Source of the DNA: Bugula neritina
Lineage: Eukaryota; Animalia; Bryozoa
DNA: 64,000 nt
Assembly: GCA_964035545.1 (NCBI GenBank)
Contig: OZ037772.1
Location: forward strand, 6,990,889 to 7,054,888
Reading direction: 5' to 3'
This document shows, piece by piece, positions 37,401-50,834 of this stretch (the stretch's first letter is position 1; every line of letters begins with the position of its first letter). The notes below the pieces were generated by a model. The model was not told the origin of the DNA, did no database searches, and worked only from the letters and a program-made list of their open reading frames with translations. The translations under genes and the position numbers were made by a program.

Positions 37401-40017
37401 GTGTTAGCCACAGAATATGAAATATACCTCTATGCCACCACTAAACATAGCTTTCCTTTCTATGATAATAAGGACCAAAAGCTCTAGCTACTTTTAAAAC
37501 TCTGGCAGAATTTGCTCGTGCATCATATGAGATTTAGTATGCTCTAAGTAAATACTTGACTATTTTCCAAAGTACAGATAATACAGACATTTCTTATAAC
37601 TCAACTAGGTACTCTTATCAGCTTTTTAAAATCCATCATTATATACTGACATTCAACGTGGAGTAGTTAAAGTAACTGAAGAACTTCACATGTGTTATAG
37701 TCAGCTCAATGAATACAGCTAGTGATACTGTAAAAAAGACCAAATAGCACTTCAACGTCTGTGGTTTACTAGCAAATGCTCATTAACAGGTAATCTATAA
37801 TAAATAACTTTCCTAAATAATTGATAGGGTACTACAACATTACCTGTGCAGTCTTCTCCATCAATCTCACACTCAGCGCAGATCAGTTTGTCACACTTCT
37901 TACAAGCTATCACCAGAACCTCTTTATGATGTTCACATGTTGGTTTATTAAAGTTTGTTGGTGAGCTCTTGTAGATATCAATGCCTACAACTTTGTGAGC
38001 CTTACCAAGAATTGTCTTATGGTCCTACAGCAATAATAATATAAAAAGCGACTTAAAATAACATATTTACAATGGTAAAACTATAAAAGAATCAAATTCA
38101 TTCATACCTGCGCATTCGGATATATACTTTACTGCCTACGGTACCTTGTCTGGGTTGCAGAAACTCAATTAGTAGAACTTAGTACAAATAATATTAATAA
38201 TAGAAATGAAATGTGTTGTAATAGTTTGCCCCCATTGTCTTTACCTCGGTTCATTGTTACAAATAATTGTGAATGATGCCAATCTACTGCGAGTACGCTT
38301 ACCATGTAGTGTAGATTTACTAATAGTATCGTGGTTGTGGCTTTTTTAAAGTTAGCTTCAAAACGATCATTAATTATTATTTTTGATTGTATTGCAAATA
38401 AATTTATTGCTCAGTCCAAGTAGACAATGGCAGGAAAAGCATCTGGCAGACAAAGGGAAAATATGATCGCAGTTCTAATATCTGACATAAAAGTAAAATA
38501 TTGCTTGGTGTTAATTATAGATGGGGTGTAGTTATTAGTAGAAGGCATTAGATTTCACACCAGCTTCTTTGATGTGAAACATTGGTAGAGAAATTCAATA
38601 ATATACAGGAAATTATTGAGGAAATAAGCTAATTACATAAAATACTGCTTGCATAGTTTTATGTAACTTTATGAATTATCATTTCCAAATGATGAACCTG
38701 TTGCCATTTGTTAGAATACTGGTTTGCAACATATACCGGCATATACATACATCAAAACCTGTACTAGCGTGTTATTGAAGTCACTCGTTGATATTGTCTA
38801 TAAAGTAAGTGGAACATGCATAACTAATTAATATTCTACATGAATCAATTTGGAGATGCAGTAGTTGAACTTTACCTGCTGATGTTGAGTACAGAACATA
38901 ACTTCACACTTCACACAGTAGCATACAGCTATTTGACCTTGACATTCATCAGCTGTGCAGTACAGAGTACCAGAGTCACCAGATTCAATGGTAACCTTTG
39001 GCAGACCTTCAATCTCCAGTGAGTCGTAAACTTTCCTGTAACATATTATTGAGTTTAACTGTACAGCTTTCGGACAGTTGTGTGTGCATGTACAGGTCAC
39101 GTTATATATAATGTTTCGGAAATAACACCTCATCCTATAATCGCTTGTTGACGGTAATTGTTTAAAATGAAAATTTCTGACAAGGTGCGTTACTTCAAAT
39201 CACTCCATATAACTATACATCTCAATCCGGGAAAATTGGGTGGAGTAATTGAATAAATATCAATAGAGCATAACTGTTTTTAATCAGGACTTATCAGATA
39301 CTTTTATATCATTTTCTCAACTGCTACATCTCTCTTCAGGAAATTCTAAAACTAGACTGCAGCGTCTCGTAACATCAGTTATATATAGAGTTGAAGAGTC
39401 ACTTTTTCTTAATTATGTTTCAACTTGTTAATGTTTTTTTATCTGCTGCAATTCACTTTTTGGGTTTGTAATTTACCCGAATAAAGTAATTATTATAATA
39501 TATTTGATTCAAACACACAAGAAACTATCTCTCAGGAATAAAATCACCAAAACTAGCAGTTAACTTTTAGCAAAACTTTTCGTAAAAAAACAAAAAAACT
39601 TTAAAAACCTAACTCCGCAGTTAATCTTAAACAAACGCAAAACAAATTTGAAAAATTAGTGTGACACAGCAAAATTGAATTTAATAAAACTTTCTATAAA
39701 AAAGATATCTAATGAATATTATTGCAGTTAAAAAAACTTTTTTTTCTTTTCTCAACCAACACAACCAGCAATGTTTTTTCGATTCTTTTATTTTGTAGTT
39801 GTCCACGTTTACTTTAGAGTATTGTGTAGATTATACTTTTTACTCACCCACAAGTTTTAGTAGGGCAGGTCACAGTTTTATGTTTACTGTAATGTCCTTG
39901 AATACAACTCAAACAGAATACATGCTGACAAGGCAGCTCTCTTGGATCTCTCATGACATCTCTCTTAGAGACACAATAACCACACTCATACCATTCTGGT
40001 AGTTGCTGGGCAGCCAT
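28401..40017 (-). CDS. TRIM gene C: RING-Bbox-Bbox-coiled coil-NHL-like propeller, 596 aa, intact reading frame
   Basis: Exons 39848-40017, 38876-39035, 37844-38024, 36784-36983, 36126-36402, 29040-29702, 28401-28540. All introns GT-AG; total 1791 nt; ends MLRLFRINTSTK*. Intron 5 carries a 4.5-kb antisense Gypsy. Confidence 0.88.
31767..32621 (+). CDS. gag: Gypsy gag (284 aa) with CCHC zinc knuckle
   Basis: LIRDRIVTGV motif and CFKCKSEGHWSKTC knuckle; open frame. Confidence 0.85.
   Translation: MAESSSTRDEKFVKRLNFSGETLSTDWKLFKGQFEIFKIAKKYGDMGDEEQIANLLVLMGPESVLIYSQFEFDDAVDPRKKSLRNVICMFDQHFEPVKNIIYERVKFNSITQGNNTIHQFKTKLQSQAANCEYRAVRDDLIRDRIVTGVNDSKLREYLIDLEDLTLLKCIQKAKQYVSNHEQVLKMSMSSASDNLDYVKRDSGNGKKLNKTIRDSSEKRPFCGWEAHVRTRCPARSATCFKCKSEGHWSKTCTNTVSRGAQYSSKAEMVHCEEMDGLFLGDDSL
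32625..35691 (+). pseudogene. pol: Gypsy pol (protease, RT, RNase H, integrase) with stops and frameshifts
   Basis: FKIDTGA, RVCVDFTRLNKAV, SKLDANCGYWQ, ADSSSFGLGAAL, ETDHKPL, VSDNGPQF and SNGEAKR. RT core broken at about 33420-33700. Confidence 0.9.
38116..38729. other. Unclassified ~0.6-kb insertion in gene C intron 2
   Basis: Absent from the otherwise near-identical gene A intron (7900-7915). Bounded by a CAT duplication. No TIR or ORF recognised. Confidence 0.6.
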
Positions 40018-41938
40018 CTTTCTTAATTTCTGACCTATAACAACAAAACACTCATATTTTTTAAACAGCTTGCACGATCCTATGTTGTCATATCATTGTG
40101 TAAATTATATAAACATAAAAGTCATATTACTTTAAAAAGTATTTAATCTTTATGCAATTTCAAGTCAGAACAACTTGATTCAAACTATCAGTAACAAACA
40201 GAAAATGAAAACTTACCCTTTCAGATTTTAAATTATACTTACAGGTTGGTTAGTACGTGGTTATACTAAAGCAGTTGACTGTGGAATGAATTTATGACAA
40301 AGTGCAGTGGGCAGTTTTCTTTTATCAGTGTAGCCTCTGTTCTTAGTTAATCTTTATTCAGATGCTAAACCATAAACTAAAACTAGTTAACTAATCAAAC
40401 ATTTGTTTGTATTTAGGCTATATAGAAAGTTCCCAGTCTACAAATCAGATAAACTTAGTATGTTTACATTGCTATAGTGAGTTATCAGTTGCTCATGTGA
40501 TGGGAGCAAAGGGTAAAATATATAACCAATAATTTTCGTTCTGTCATATAATGTAGCCTTTGATCACTATGTAAATATACATGCATACGCTATTTCGTAT
40601 CAATGCATCAAGGTAAACTTACTAAAAGTGCTATATTTGAGAGTGCTTAGACTTAAGTATGAACTGATAAACTATAGCATAAATCAACTGCAGCTATAAA
40701 TTATTATTATTATAATTAAGCGAGCAGAGTTTGTATAGCATTATGATATAGTGAGACACCATTACAATACAACCAACTGCACCAGTCTATGTTTTACTTA
40801 GTCTTTGTTCTATATTTATATCCGAGAGAAAATATAGTCATGGGTGTCAGCAAGCATCATGATTCAACTGGTTGCTGCCTGTCAGTTGTTTAGGAAATAA
40901 TTAGAAAGGTGTTTGCTGCTGTTGACTAATATCTACTGATAACTGTTGTAAGAGTATTCGCAGTGATGCGAATTATAGTTCAAAAAATGTGATTATATAA
41001 CTTAACAAAGTAAATTCACAGAGTATACATGATATCCTTTTATATATGAGTACATTTTAATTATTTTGTGACGCAAAATCAGTACAGAGTAAGTTTATAT
41101 CCTACTGTATGGAGATACAGGAGAGTATTTGGTAGCAGAGTATTTTTCACTGTGTTTCTCAAAGTTTTCCGGTGGTTTCATAATCTAATCTCATATTTAC
41201 TCAACTCAACATATAACATGTTTGTTTTGTGCTCTCATAGGGTAAGGTAGATGAGTTTTGTTTGCACTTTGAGTAGTATAACTACAGCTAGAACTTTGAA
41301 TGCTTGCATATTATATTAAATATAAACCATGCTTTCATTACCATTTCAGTAGCTACTCAAAGCATACTTAAAATTACACAAGTCATGCACACAAAATAAA
41401 AGGAGTGGTACCCAGTTAACATGTAGTTTCAACATTAGTATTGTGCCAGTATTGGCAAAATACTAATGCTTCTGTTACTGATTCAATTAGGTTATTTAAA
41501 AGCACTGGAGTTATCATAGCAAATTTTAACCCACTTGCAGGAAGTTTCAGGATTTTACTCTTGGAGAAAGTCTATAAGTTTATATGTATATTAGAGATTA
41601 AAGTACAAAATTAGAGCTATTCTTGCTGAATCACAGAAAGTGAAACAGAAAAGTAAGTGAGGCAAATATAGAAAAGCTAAACTAAAAGCAAGATAGCTAA
41701 TAACACAAAAAATTCATAACACAAGAAAGCAGTTTTATATAAAAAAGCTGCTTTTGGACAATACCATTACCATTCTCTTCTTTAGTTCACACAATGAAAG
41801 CAATTGGGTTCCCAATGAGTGCAGTGCATGCTTATAGAGTAAATTGAGAATTTAATATGTAGTCAATGTAACAAGCTGCACACTATTTTATTTGACTTGA
41901 ATCAATGAGCTATCTTTTAACTTTGGATTATGCTAATA

Positions 41939-42291
41939 CAGGGGTGACCAATGTCTTTGGAACAAGGGCCACTGAAACTGAATGTCATGTGGTGAGGGCC
42001 ACATTGTAAAATTTAGCTTAGGCTAAGGGCCACAGAATCAGCATTTTCCAAATAACAGCTTTATTCCAGATTCCTATAAATCATTACGCAATAAAGTCCC
42101 AATAGTTACTGCTGGCCGCATGCTTTTAGCATATAATTATGAACAAAGACGTTTGAAAGGTGGTTTTCCCACTCCAATTTATATACATGTGCAACATAAT
42201 TTTATGTGTTTTGCGTTTGAGGACCACATCAATGCAAATGTAAGCTGGGGCCACATTTAGACCTAGGGGCAGCTTGTTGAACAGACCTCTG
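41939..42291. mobile_element. hAT MITE, duplicated with the segment (paralog of 11247-11586)
   Basis: Same termini, TSD and flanks as the first copy. Confidence 0.7.
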
Positions 42292-42990
42292 TGCCAATAG
42301 AAATGAATGCGAAATAAGTTGGCTGAAAATTGCTGGGTGCAGTAATATATATAAATAACAAATGTTTAGCTAGTATAAGCTTTCACAAACTTTATAAAGC
42401 GATAGCTGCATCTTTGCCAACATTATTTGATACCGATTTAACTCAATAATATTAGCTTTGATTAGTTAGACCAAGAAGTTAAAAGCTAATGCAACGTTCA
42501 TGTTTTACATAAAGGACTGTTACCTAACAATTATTTTCACGCATCTATACTAAATGCATGTAGTGCAGTTTTTTGACAGAAAGGTTGAAGACATTCCCAT
42601 TAAGTCATTTAGAAAGCTTCCTGAGTTTGTAACAACAATGCATTTACATGCACATACTGAGGTCTATCAAATATAATATACTGTTTATAATATATTCTTA
42701 ATACTTGTAGAGTCAGTGTTGAGTCGGTCTATAGCTGGAACTCGCAAGATATAAAATACTTTACTATTACTACAATAAAACTATTCATCACACAGTTCAA
42801 GACCATCTCTCTTCTCTCTAGTTAGACAAGGAGTTATGTTCTTTATTTATTTGATCCAAAACCTACCAAATTGTTACAATATTAAAATGTGATTATACTA
42901 ATTGCATCTAAAAAAATAAAACTATACAATATATATTGTCTTTTAAGTTTATAAAAATGTTATAAATTTTAGGTATAGTAAAATAATATA

Positions 42991-43600
42991 CAAGACAATG
43001 AATGGAGTAGAAGCTTGCAGCCTCTCCTGAAAAGAAGAACTGTATGTCACAGAGGACGGCATAGAAAGTAATGCTTACAGTATTTTGAGATAAAAAAGTC
43101 CTATAACTTTCGACTTCAAGATCTAAGATAACGATGTGAACTCTGAAAACTACTGTGAGCTCTTGACTGTGGTTTAGCAAGACATAAGAAGCAAGAGAGC
43201 AGACCTCTAAAATAAAGGAGTTGTGTTCTACCAAAACAATGCTCACCCACATACTACTGCGTGAACAACGGCCAAAATTGAAGAACTGGGTTGGGAGGTG
43301 TTAGTACACCATCCTTATAATCCAAATTTTACACCAAGTGATTTCTATCTTTTTGGACCATTAAAGAGCCACATGAGAGACAAGCACTTTGCTACTGATG
43401 CAGCAGTCATTGAAACTGTGCGCAACTGGTTCAAAATTCAGAATTCTATTCTGCAGGGATTGAGAACCTTGTATGAAAGTGAAACAGCTATATAGAGAAA
43501 GAAGGAGACTACATTGAAAAGTGAAGATTTGTAAAGCTCCATTTTATTATAATAAAAAATTAAAACAAAATTCCGACTAATTATTGACTGACCCTCTTGC
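42991..43600 (+). mobile_element. Degenerate mariner fragment (paralog of 12283-12893)
   Basis: EELGWEVLVHHPYNPNFTPSDFYLFGPLK, with the same flanks as the first copy. Confidence 0.85.
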
Positions 43601-44141
43601 ATGGTTATATTACAATCTATCAACTTTCAGTAATCTAATTAGCAAGTGATTTAGTTGCTTGCCCTTGAAGAACCCAAAACGAAAGTAAAAATTAACCTAA
43701 GTATGTAAAGTATATAGGCTATACACTGTACTCTAATGTTTTTGACTATTTCTGTTGAAATTATTCTCTGGGCAAAAACTCTATAAAGTAACCATATTAT
43801 CTTATGCATTGTATTATATAATCTATATAATAAAAAAGACGAAATATATCATATTCTTGTCTGATTTTGGAATAGTTATAAGTCATTTTTAAATTAATTC
43901 TTGTATCTGTCTTCACAGATATTGTTAATAGACACTAGAGTTGTTTACTATAGCTTAAAGTAGATATCCTCATAAAAATTAGGAAATTTGATGATGTATG
44001 TGAAACCGCCAAATTTTATATATGTAAATATGTATAGCAAAAGGAAGATTAATTGTACTTTGCACAAATTACATGTTACAATAAATTTTTAGTTTTAAAT
44101 TTTAATTTTTTATTCAATCTGATTTAAGAATTTGTTCATAC

Positions 44142-44262
44142 CTGTCTTTATCAAAGTTGGGGGATCAGCAAGTTTACATTCATTCAGTTTATCTGCACCC
44201 TGTCTCTCCAGCTCTTCTGTTATTCTCTTTTTCTGTCTGATCTTCTCAGTCACATGACCATC
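44142..44262 (-). pseudogene. Remnant 3' half of TRIM exon 5 from an otherwise deleted copy
   Basis: DGHVTEKIRQKKRITEELERQGADKLNECKLADPPTLIKT followed by a GTATG donor. Abuts Gypsy sequence at 44263. Confidence 0.85.
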
Positions 44263-46233
44263 CATCATCCAAGGCCCACGGTAGCTTCCGCCACCCGTGG
44301 CCTCACGCTAATCCTGTCCGGGAAAGGACTCGGAGGGTAACAGAAGAGACCTCCACAGAGTCTGCCGGTACCAAGTGGCAGGCACCACGGAGATCTCAGA
44401 GACCGAAAGGTCTACCCAATCCTCCTGCCATGCCACTCAAAACCCGGATGGAGCTAGAAGAAACCGGATGGCAGGCACCTCGGAGATCTCGGAGACCGCA
44501 AGGTCTACCCGATCCCCCAGCCTGGCCACTCCGTAACCGGTTCGCGAGGTTGCCCGAGGAGGTTGTGGAGGAGGATTCAGCTTACTCGCAAGAGTACCCC
44601 AAGCTACCCTCCCGACCTCAGAAAACCCCCGTTGTCTCTAAGACGAAGAGGAGGCCCGCTGTGCGAACCCAAGTTGTGTCTCCCCCAGAGACTGACCGCT
44701 CCAGGAGCACCCAGTCGTACGGAAGCAGCTACTTCCTGCCCGGAAAGATTTCGGGTGAAGCTGCCACATTCCTACTGGATACTGGGTGCACTACCAACCT
44801 GCTGAGTAGGCGTCTCTTTGACACTCTTGGTGCTTGAGAGCGGGCGAGCCTCGAGACGTATGAAGGTGCGCATGGTACGTTGGCGGACGGATCATGCATC
44901 CCTGTTTACGGCGTCATCTCACTGCCTGGACGCGTCCGTGATCAAGCAATTCACGAGACGTTCATAGTCGGCCAGCTGAAGGAGGACGCCATCTTGGGAA
45001 TGCCCTTTTTGGAGAAACACCAGTGTCACATTGATTTCCAGAAGTCGGTGGTGTTTATGGCTAGGAAGGAACTTGTCTGTGTTGACAAGTTTGGCAGGCC
45101 CTTGGTGGGCGGAGTCCAGGTAGTGCGGGACTGCACGGTTCCGGGGAGATCCCAGGCGACTCTCCGATGCAGAGTCAACTGCAAGGGGATCGCCGGCCTG
45201 GGGATGGTTAAGGGAACGCACGGAGGCATCCGACTAGCAAACAGCTTGAATCGGCTAGATTGTCGGCAGTGCAGTGCAGTGCATCAACCCCTTCACGGAA
45301 CCTGTCCGATTATCGGCCGGAGCGCTGGTGGGGAAGTACCACTCCATCCAGGAAGCGGACGTGGGTCCGGCACTGGAGACAGTGGCCGACACCCAGGGAA
45401 ACCCCCCTCACACCAGACGAGGAGCAGTCCCGGAGCACCTGGCTGACCTGTATGGCGGAGCATGTGGAAACTGTACGAGTAGTACTGAACGCCAAGTACT
45501 GGCTCAACTACTCGCGGAGTACAGTGATGTCTTCAGTCGTGGCGATGGAGACATGGGGCTGACTAAGGTTATCTCCCACGAGATACCTCTGGCAGCCGGC
45601 ACCACTCCCATCAGGCAGCCTACCCGACGTCTAGGCCCGGAGAAGGAGAAAGAGGTGAGCCGACAGGTACAGGATCTTCTAGACCGGGATCTGATTGAGC
45701 CTGCCCACGGTGCGTGGAGCTCTCCAGTGGTCCTGGTCAAGAAGAAGGATGGTAGCTGGAGATTCTGCGTGAACTACCGCAGACTCAACAGCGTTACCAT
45801 CTAGGACGCCTACCCTCTCCCACGGAAAGATGAGTCTCTAGATGCCCTCGTGGGTAGCAAGTACTTCAGTACTTTGGATCTGCTTAGCGGGTACTGGCAA
45901 GTGCCCTTCAGTCCTGATGCCCAGGACAAAGCAGCATTCATTACTCGCGACGGGCTCTGGAAGTGGAAAGGACTGCCATTCGGACTAACGTCCGCTCCGG
46001 CAACATTCCAACGGCTCATGGAGCAAGTCCTCAGTGGGTTACACTAGAAGACCTTCCTCATCTATCTGGACAATGTCATTGTCATCTCCCCAGACTTTTC
46101 GACTCATGTCAGTTGTCTGCGGGAGGTCTTTGACCGTCTCCGGGCAGCTGAACTGAAGCTGAAGCCCTCCAAGTGCGCACTCCTGCAGGAAGAAGTCACG
46201 TACCTTGGCTATGTGGTTGGCCGTGATGGGGTT

Positions 46234-46989
46234 CACAGGATAGTTAAGGGCATCCTCACTAAGAATATCATAAATGTCTCTCAAAATATAGTTCAGGTTC
46301 TTGAATAATATTGCTCTGCGGGTGGCATGCGTGTTGCCTACTTGTAATTGTTTAGCCTAAGATTAAACTACAACCAATAAGCAGCAACCTTCGTTAGGGC
46401 TGCGTTATCTATCAACATTCCATTATTGGTGCTACATAAACAAAGTACAAAGCAAGCTATTCATTATAGCCTGCCAGTTAGCTAGCCTGTAATTATTATG
46501 TAGGCGCCAATATCTTCTCATCCCTACGTGCTCAGTGAAGCGTGAAGTGCTGCTCGCTGCTAGTTTCTTATGAGAAAATTTGGCATTTTCAGTGTATAAA
46601 TCACCAATTTATGAGCAATCTAGCAGAGTTATTGAAAAAAGAAAAAAACTTACACTGGAGAAATATCTCAGGATTCCAGCAGTGCAATTTTTATTCAGAT
46701 ATCATGCTTTGCTGCTGAGATATTTTACTGGTACTGAAAAGTCAGCTTTTCAGGCAAAATTGGCCAAAATTGAGCAGTTTTTTGTCTATAACTTCGCAAA
46801 AAAAATGAAAATTGAAATTTCCAAAAAATTTACACTGGAGAAAAAGAAGATCTACAACATAGTTTTTAAATTTTGACTCTAGCACAATTAGGTGAGATTT
46901 TATTTTACTGTTACTGAATTCTTATATGATTACAATGCAAACCTCAGCAAGGCAGTTGCAGCTAAAAGGTTGCCCTTAACTATCCTGTG
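46234..46989. mobile_element. 756-bp non-autonomous DNA transposon nested in the Gypsy RT (CAC termini, 2-bp TT TSD; CACTA/CMC-like)
   Basis: Perfect 19-bp TIR CACAGGATAGTTAAGGGCA / TGCCCTTAACTATCCTGTG. Removing the element restores RT codons D-G-V-A-T-D. Confidence 0.9.
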
Positions 46990-49900
46990 TTGCTACCGAT
47001 CTAGAGAAGGTACAAGCTGTGAAGGAGTGGACTTTCCCCCGTGACCTCCCTGAGTTGCGTGCATTCCTGGGCCTAGTAGGGTACTACCGGCAGTACATAC
47101 CTGGTTTCGCAGGAGTGGCTCAGCCGTTAAATCGGCTGACCGCAAAGGGAGTCCGGTGGCAGTGGACACAAGAAGAGCAGCAGGCATTCGACCACCTCAA
47201 GCAACAGCTAATAGAAGCGCCAATCCTGGCGTATCCTGATCCAGCCAAGGAGTACATCCTGGACACCGACGCCAGCAACCACAGCGTGGGAGCCGTCCTG
47301 TCTCAAGTCCAGGGTGGAAGTGAGGTGGTCGTGGCTTACTATAGCAAGACTCTTGCGGCCGCCAAGAAGAACTACTGCACCACTAGGAAGGAACTCCTAG
47401 CAGTAGTCAAGGTGGTCAAGCACTTTCGGCCATATCTGTATGCGAAATCGTTCCATTTGCGAACAGACCATGCATCACTGATATGGCTGTGTAAACGTGC
47501 AGAGCCCTCGAGCCAGGTGGCTCGTTGGCTAGATATTCTTGCCGAGTTCTCTTACCGGATAGAGCACCGTGCAGGCCAGAAGCATGGGAACGCCGACGGC
47601 ATGAGCCGCCGGCCGGTAGAGGACTGTGAGTAATGCCTGCACATTGAACAGCGGGACGGGGGACCTGCTCGCCTTGACGTGGAAACGGAGCTAGTGGAGG
47701 GCACCGCCTACCGGTGGGAGCACGGTCATCTTTGGACCGAAACCCACCAGGACGGTTTCCAGGCGCTCCACGCCAACCCTACTCTGCACCAGAACGTCAA
47801 GGAGCTGTGTCGACTCCAGGAGACGCTACCCGGCGCGGTAGCGGACATCTTCCGGGCCAAGAAGAAGGGCCGACGACCTAGCGAGGAACAGCAGCGGCAG
47901 GGAGACGTTGAGTTCCAACTCCTCTGTCGTCGCTGGGATGCCCTCAAGGTCAGTCCTGGTGGCCTCCTGATGATAACGTTAGCAGCAGACAACCGCCAGC
48001 AAGAGAGGGACCACGTCGTCTGTCCACGCGCCCTCCGTCGGGAACTGATTTGAGACACCCATAAGCAGGCTCATGCTGGAGTCAGTCGGGTCATCAGGTG
48101 TCTGCGGCTGCGTTGGTATTGGCCCGGAATGACTCGGGGCGTACGACTGCGGGTACGGCAATGCGAGGTCTGCCAAGCTAGCAAGCATGGCCGCCCCACG
48201 GAAACTACTGGTCGACGCCGGCTGTACGCTGGTCCACCGTGGCAAGTAGTGGCGGTAGACCTCGTCGGGCCTATGCCGTTATCCGCCAGAGGGAACACCT
48301 GAATACTGGTGCTCACGGACCACTTTACCCGGTGGGCGGATGCTCTGGCTATTCCAGACGCAACCGCCACCACAGTGGCCCGGACCCTAGACCAAGATGT
48401 GTTCTGTTACCTCGGCTTGCCCGAGCAGATACATACGGACCAGGGCGCCCAGTTCCAGTCCCAGCTCATGGGAGACCTCTGCCGGATATGAGGGGTGAAC
48501 CAGAGTCGGACCACCCCATATCACCCGCAAGGGAATGGAGTCGTCGAGCGGAACAACAGGTAGTTGGGGGACGCCCTCAGGAGCCTGCTCCTTGGTCGAG
48601 GTCAGGAAGAATGGGATGTGGTGCTGCCGCAGATCATGCGGGCCTACCGCAGCACACCACACTTCGCCACGCAGGAGACCCCAAACTTCCTGATGCTAGG
48701 CCGAGAGACGCGGGTCCCGGAACACCTGACGTACCATGTTCCTGCCCCCGAGTCACCGGTACACGAATATGTGGAGGGTCTGCTGCACATCATGGGCAAA
48801 GCTCATGATGCGCTGCGCACCCACCAGTGGCAGACCCATACAGAGGACTCAGAGGAGCCCCCGTTGTACCAGGTGGGAGACTGGGTCTGGATGGTGAGCT
48901 ACCGTAGGCGACGGGGACAGTCGGCTAAGCTTCAGCCCAAGTTCGTCGGTCCCTACTGCGTAGTGGAGGTGCTGCCCAACCACACGTACCGTGTGGAGCG
49001 CTCTGGACAGGTCTCCGTCCAGAGCGAGCAGCGCCTCAAACCTTACCATGCCAGCCCAGACGCGGTGGGTCAGGCTCCACCCCTCCTGGAGCCCCACCGT
49101 CAGCCCAACCGTCGAGGACGGGCCACCCAGCCCCGAAAGGTGGAAATTGTGGTTCCCAGAGAGTCGGACCAAGAGCAGGCCGCCTTGATAGAGCAGCTGG
49201 AGCGACAGCAGAGAGAGGAGCGGGAACAGGAACAGCGGCATACCCTAGGACCACCACCCTCCCTGGGGGAGGACACCCCCACCCCCGTGTTGGGTAAAGG
49301 CGGGGACCCCCCTACTAGGGTAGCCCAGGAGACACCAACACCACCGGTGCCTGTTCCAATTGAGAGGAGCCAGCGGTCAAGAAGATCCCCCAGGTATCTG
49401 GCAGACTATGCTGTAGGGCACCTGGAGTGGCCCCCTCATAAGGACAACCCACCCAGTACGGACGACCACCCCATCTTGGCTGGAAATTCCCTCCATCACC
49501 CCAGAGAATTCCACCAAGAAGAAGATTTCACACAGCTAGCACGTAAGTTACAGCTTAAGTTGAATTCTAATCCTGTGATACCCCTAAGTATAATTTAAAC
49601 ACTGTTATTCAGACACTAGCATCAGCTATGGGAATTACCTCGCCAGATACCCAAACAGAGGAGCGTAAGGATACCGAGGAGGCCAGTTGATCCGACTCCC
49701 CTCCCTCACCAGCTCCTGTTTTAGCTCCCCGCAGCCAGCAGGACGACACCCCCTCTTCCGAGGTGTGTTTCGCCAGCGTTAGTGGCCCTGACCCCGAACC
49801 GGTTGAGCTCCAACTCACAGCTGGGGAGGAGCAGGGCACTCTATACCGCGACCACCTCGCAGGCAGAGACGAAGAGGAGTCTCCAATACTGGCAATGCCT

Positions 49901-50300
49901 CGGGCCCTGGTCGCCCGCCAGTATTGGATATCTGGAGCACCAGGCAGCCAGATAGAAGAACAGACTCAGCCAACCCACCCACAATTGCCCCGTCACGGGC
50001 AGAGTATGGCACTTTCTTACCGAGAGTGCGTCCTTCCTGGATAGCGCAATCGAGGCCTGGTCCCGTATCTTCGACCCAAGCACAGAAGAGATAGAAAGCC
50101 TGGTGCACCACCTCCAATGATAAAACCGGACAATTAGGGGCTGCTGGCAATAGCCACCCGAACTGTATATATTATCGTGTTACGTGTGATTAATCATAAT
50201 ACTTTTCTGTTAACCGCATATTTTTCTACGTTGTGTTTCATTTTTTTTGTGGAGTCTTGTTTTGTTATCGAAAAGGGGATGCTTTTCGATGGGGGGAGAA

Positions 50301-50834
50301 TGTAATGGATTCTCATCCTCATTATTATAATTACTGTTGCGTATATGTTTTGAATGCTGTAATTGTAGCTAAGTTGGGCTAGCTTTCTAATGCCTTATTA
50401 TTGTGATTGTTGTTAAAGCTTTCAGTATAATGTAATTTTCATGAAATACGCATTCCAGAGTTATTTCTTCTTTTTGCTATTTTATCGTTTTGCATTAATA
50501 CTGATACTGGAAATTTGTGTGGCTTTTATGAATACCTTCAATAGGTTGGCCTATTGAATTATTCGTTTTCCTTTGTCTACTTTTCTTTGTTTCTGTCAAG
50601 CTTAACTTTCTTTTGTCTGTTGGAACATTCTAGATGTGAAGTCTTGTGTATAAAAGCAGGCGAGTTTCCAGTAATAGTTCAGACTACTACTGGAGCTCGC
50701 TAGTAGTAGGGCCCTAAGCTGTATCTGATACAATAAAGGTTATCCTCATTTGTACTCAAATACTTGGCTTATTCTCTCTAACACAAAGAGTATGTCCAGG
50801 CACTAGTTGCATTCATAACCCACAGTTTACTACA
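50301..50834 (+). repeat. 3' LTR of the Gypsy element (534 bp)
   Basis: Begins TGTAA after the PPT and ends CTACA. Contains TATAAAA (about 50649) and AATAAA (about 50732). TRIM intron 5 sequence resumes at 50835. Confidence 0.85.

Larger units (their letters stand above)
37000..43707 (+). repeat. Segmental duplication of about 6790-12987 (gene A/C exons 1-3 and upstream region)
   Basis: Colinear, near-identical sequence including introns, the hAT MITE and the mariner remnant. Endpoints approximate. Confidence 0.9.
44263..50834 (+). mobile_element. 5'-truncated Gypsy LTR retrotransposon (end of gag, PR-RT-RH-IN, 3' LTR) with multiple nonsense codons
   Basis: GC-rich. Motifs FLLDTGCTTNL, WRFCVNYRRLN, TLDLLSGYWQ, YLDNV, DTDASNHSVGAVL, RTDHASL, VAVDLVGP, TDQGAQF and KFVGPY. 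PPT GGGGGGAGAA at 50291-50300. Confidence 0.95.

Noticed and set aside
44835-48563. APOBEC-like G-to-A hypermutation of the Gypsy pol (probable Trp-to-stop at 46045, 48051, 48300, 48489; YLDD to YLDN)
   Set aside because: A similar number of stops appear to be C-to-T (44835, 45802, 47631, 48561). The pattern looks strand-symmetric and fits neutral GC-to-AT decay. A family consensus would be needed to revisit this.
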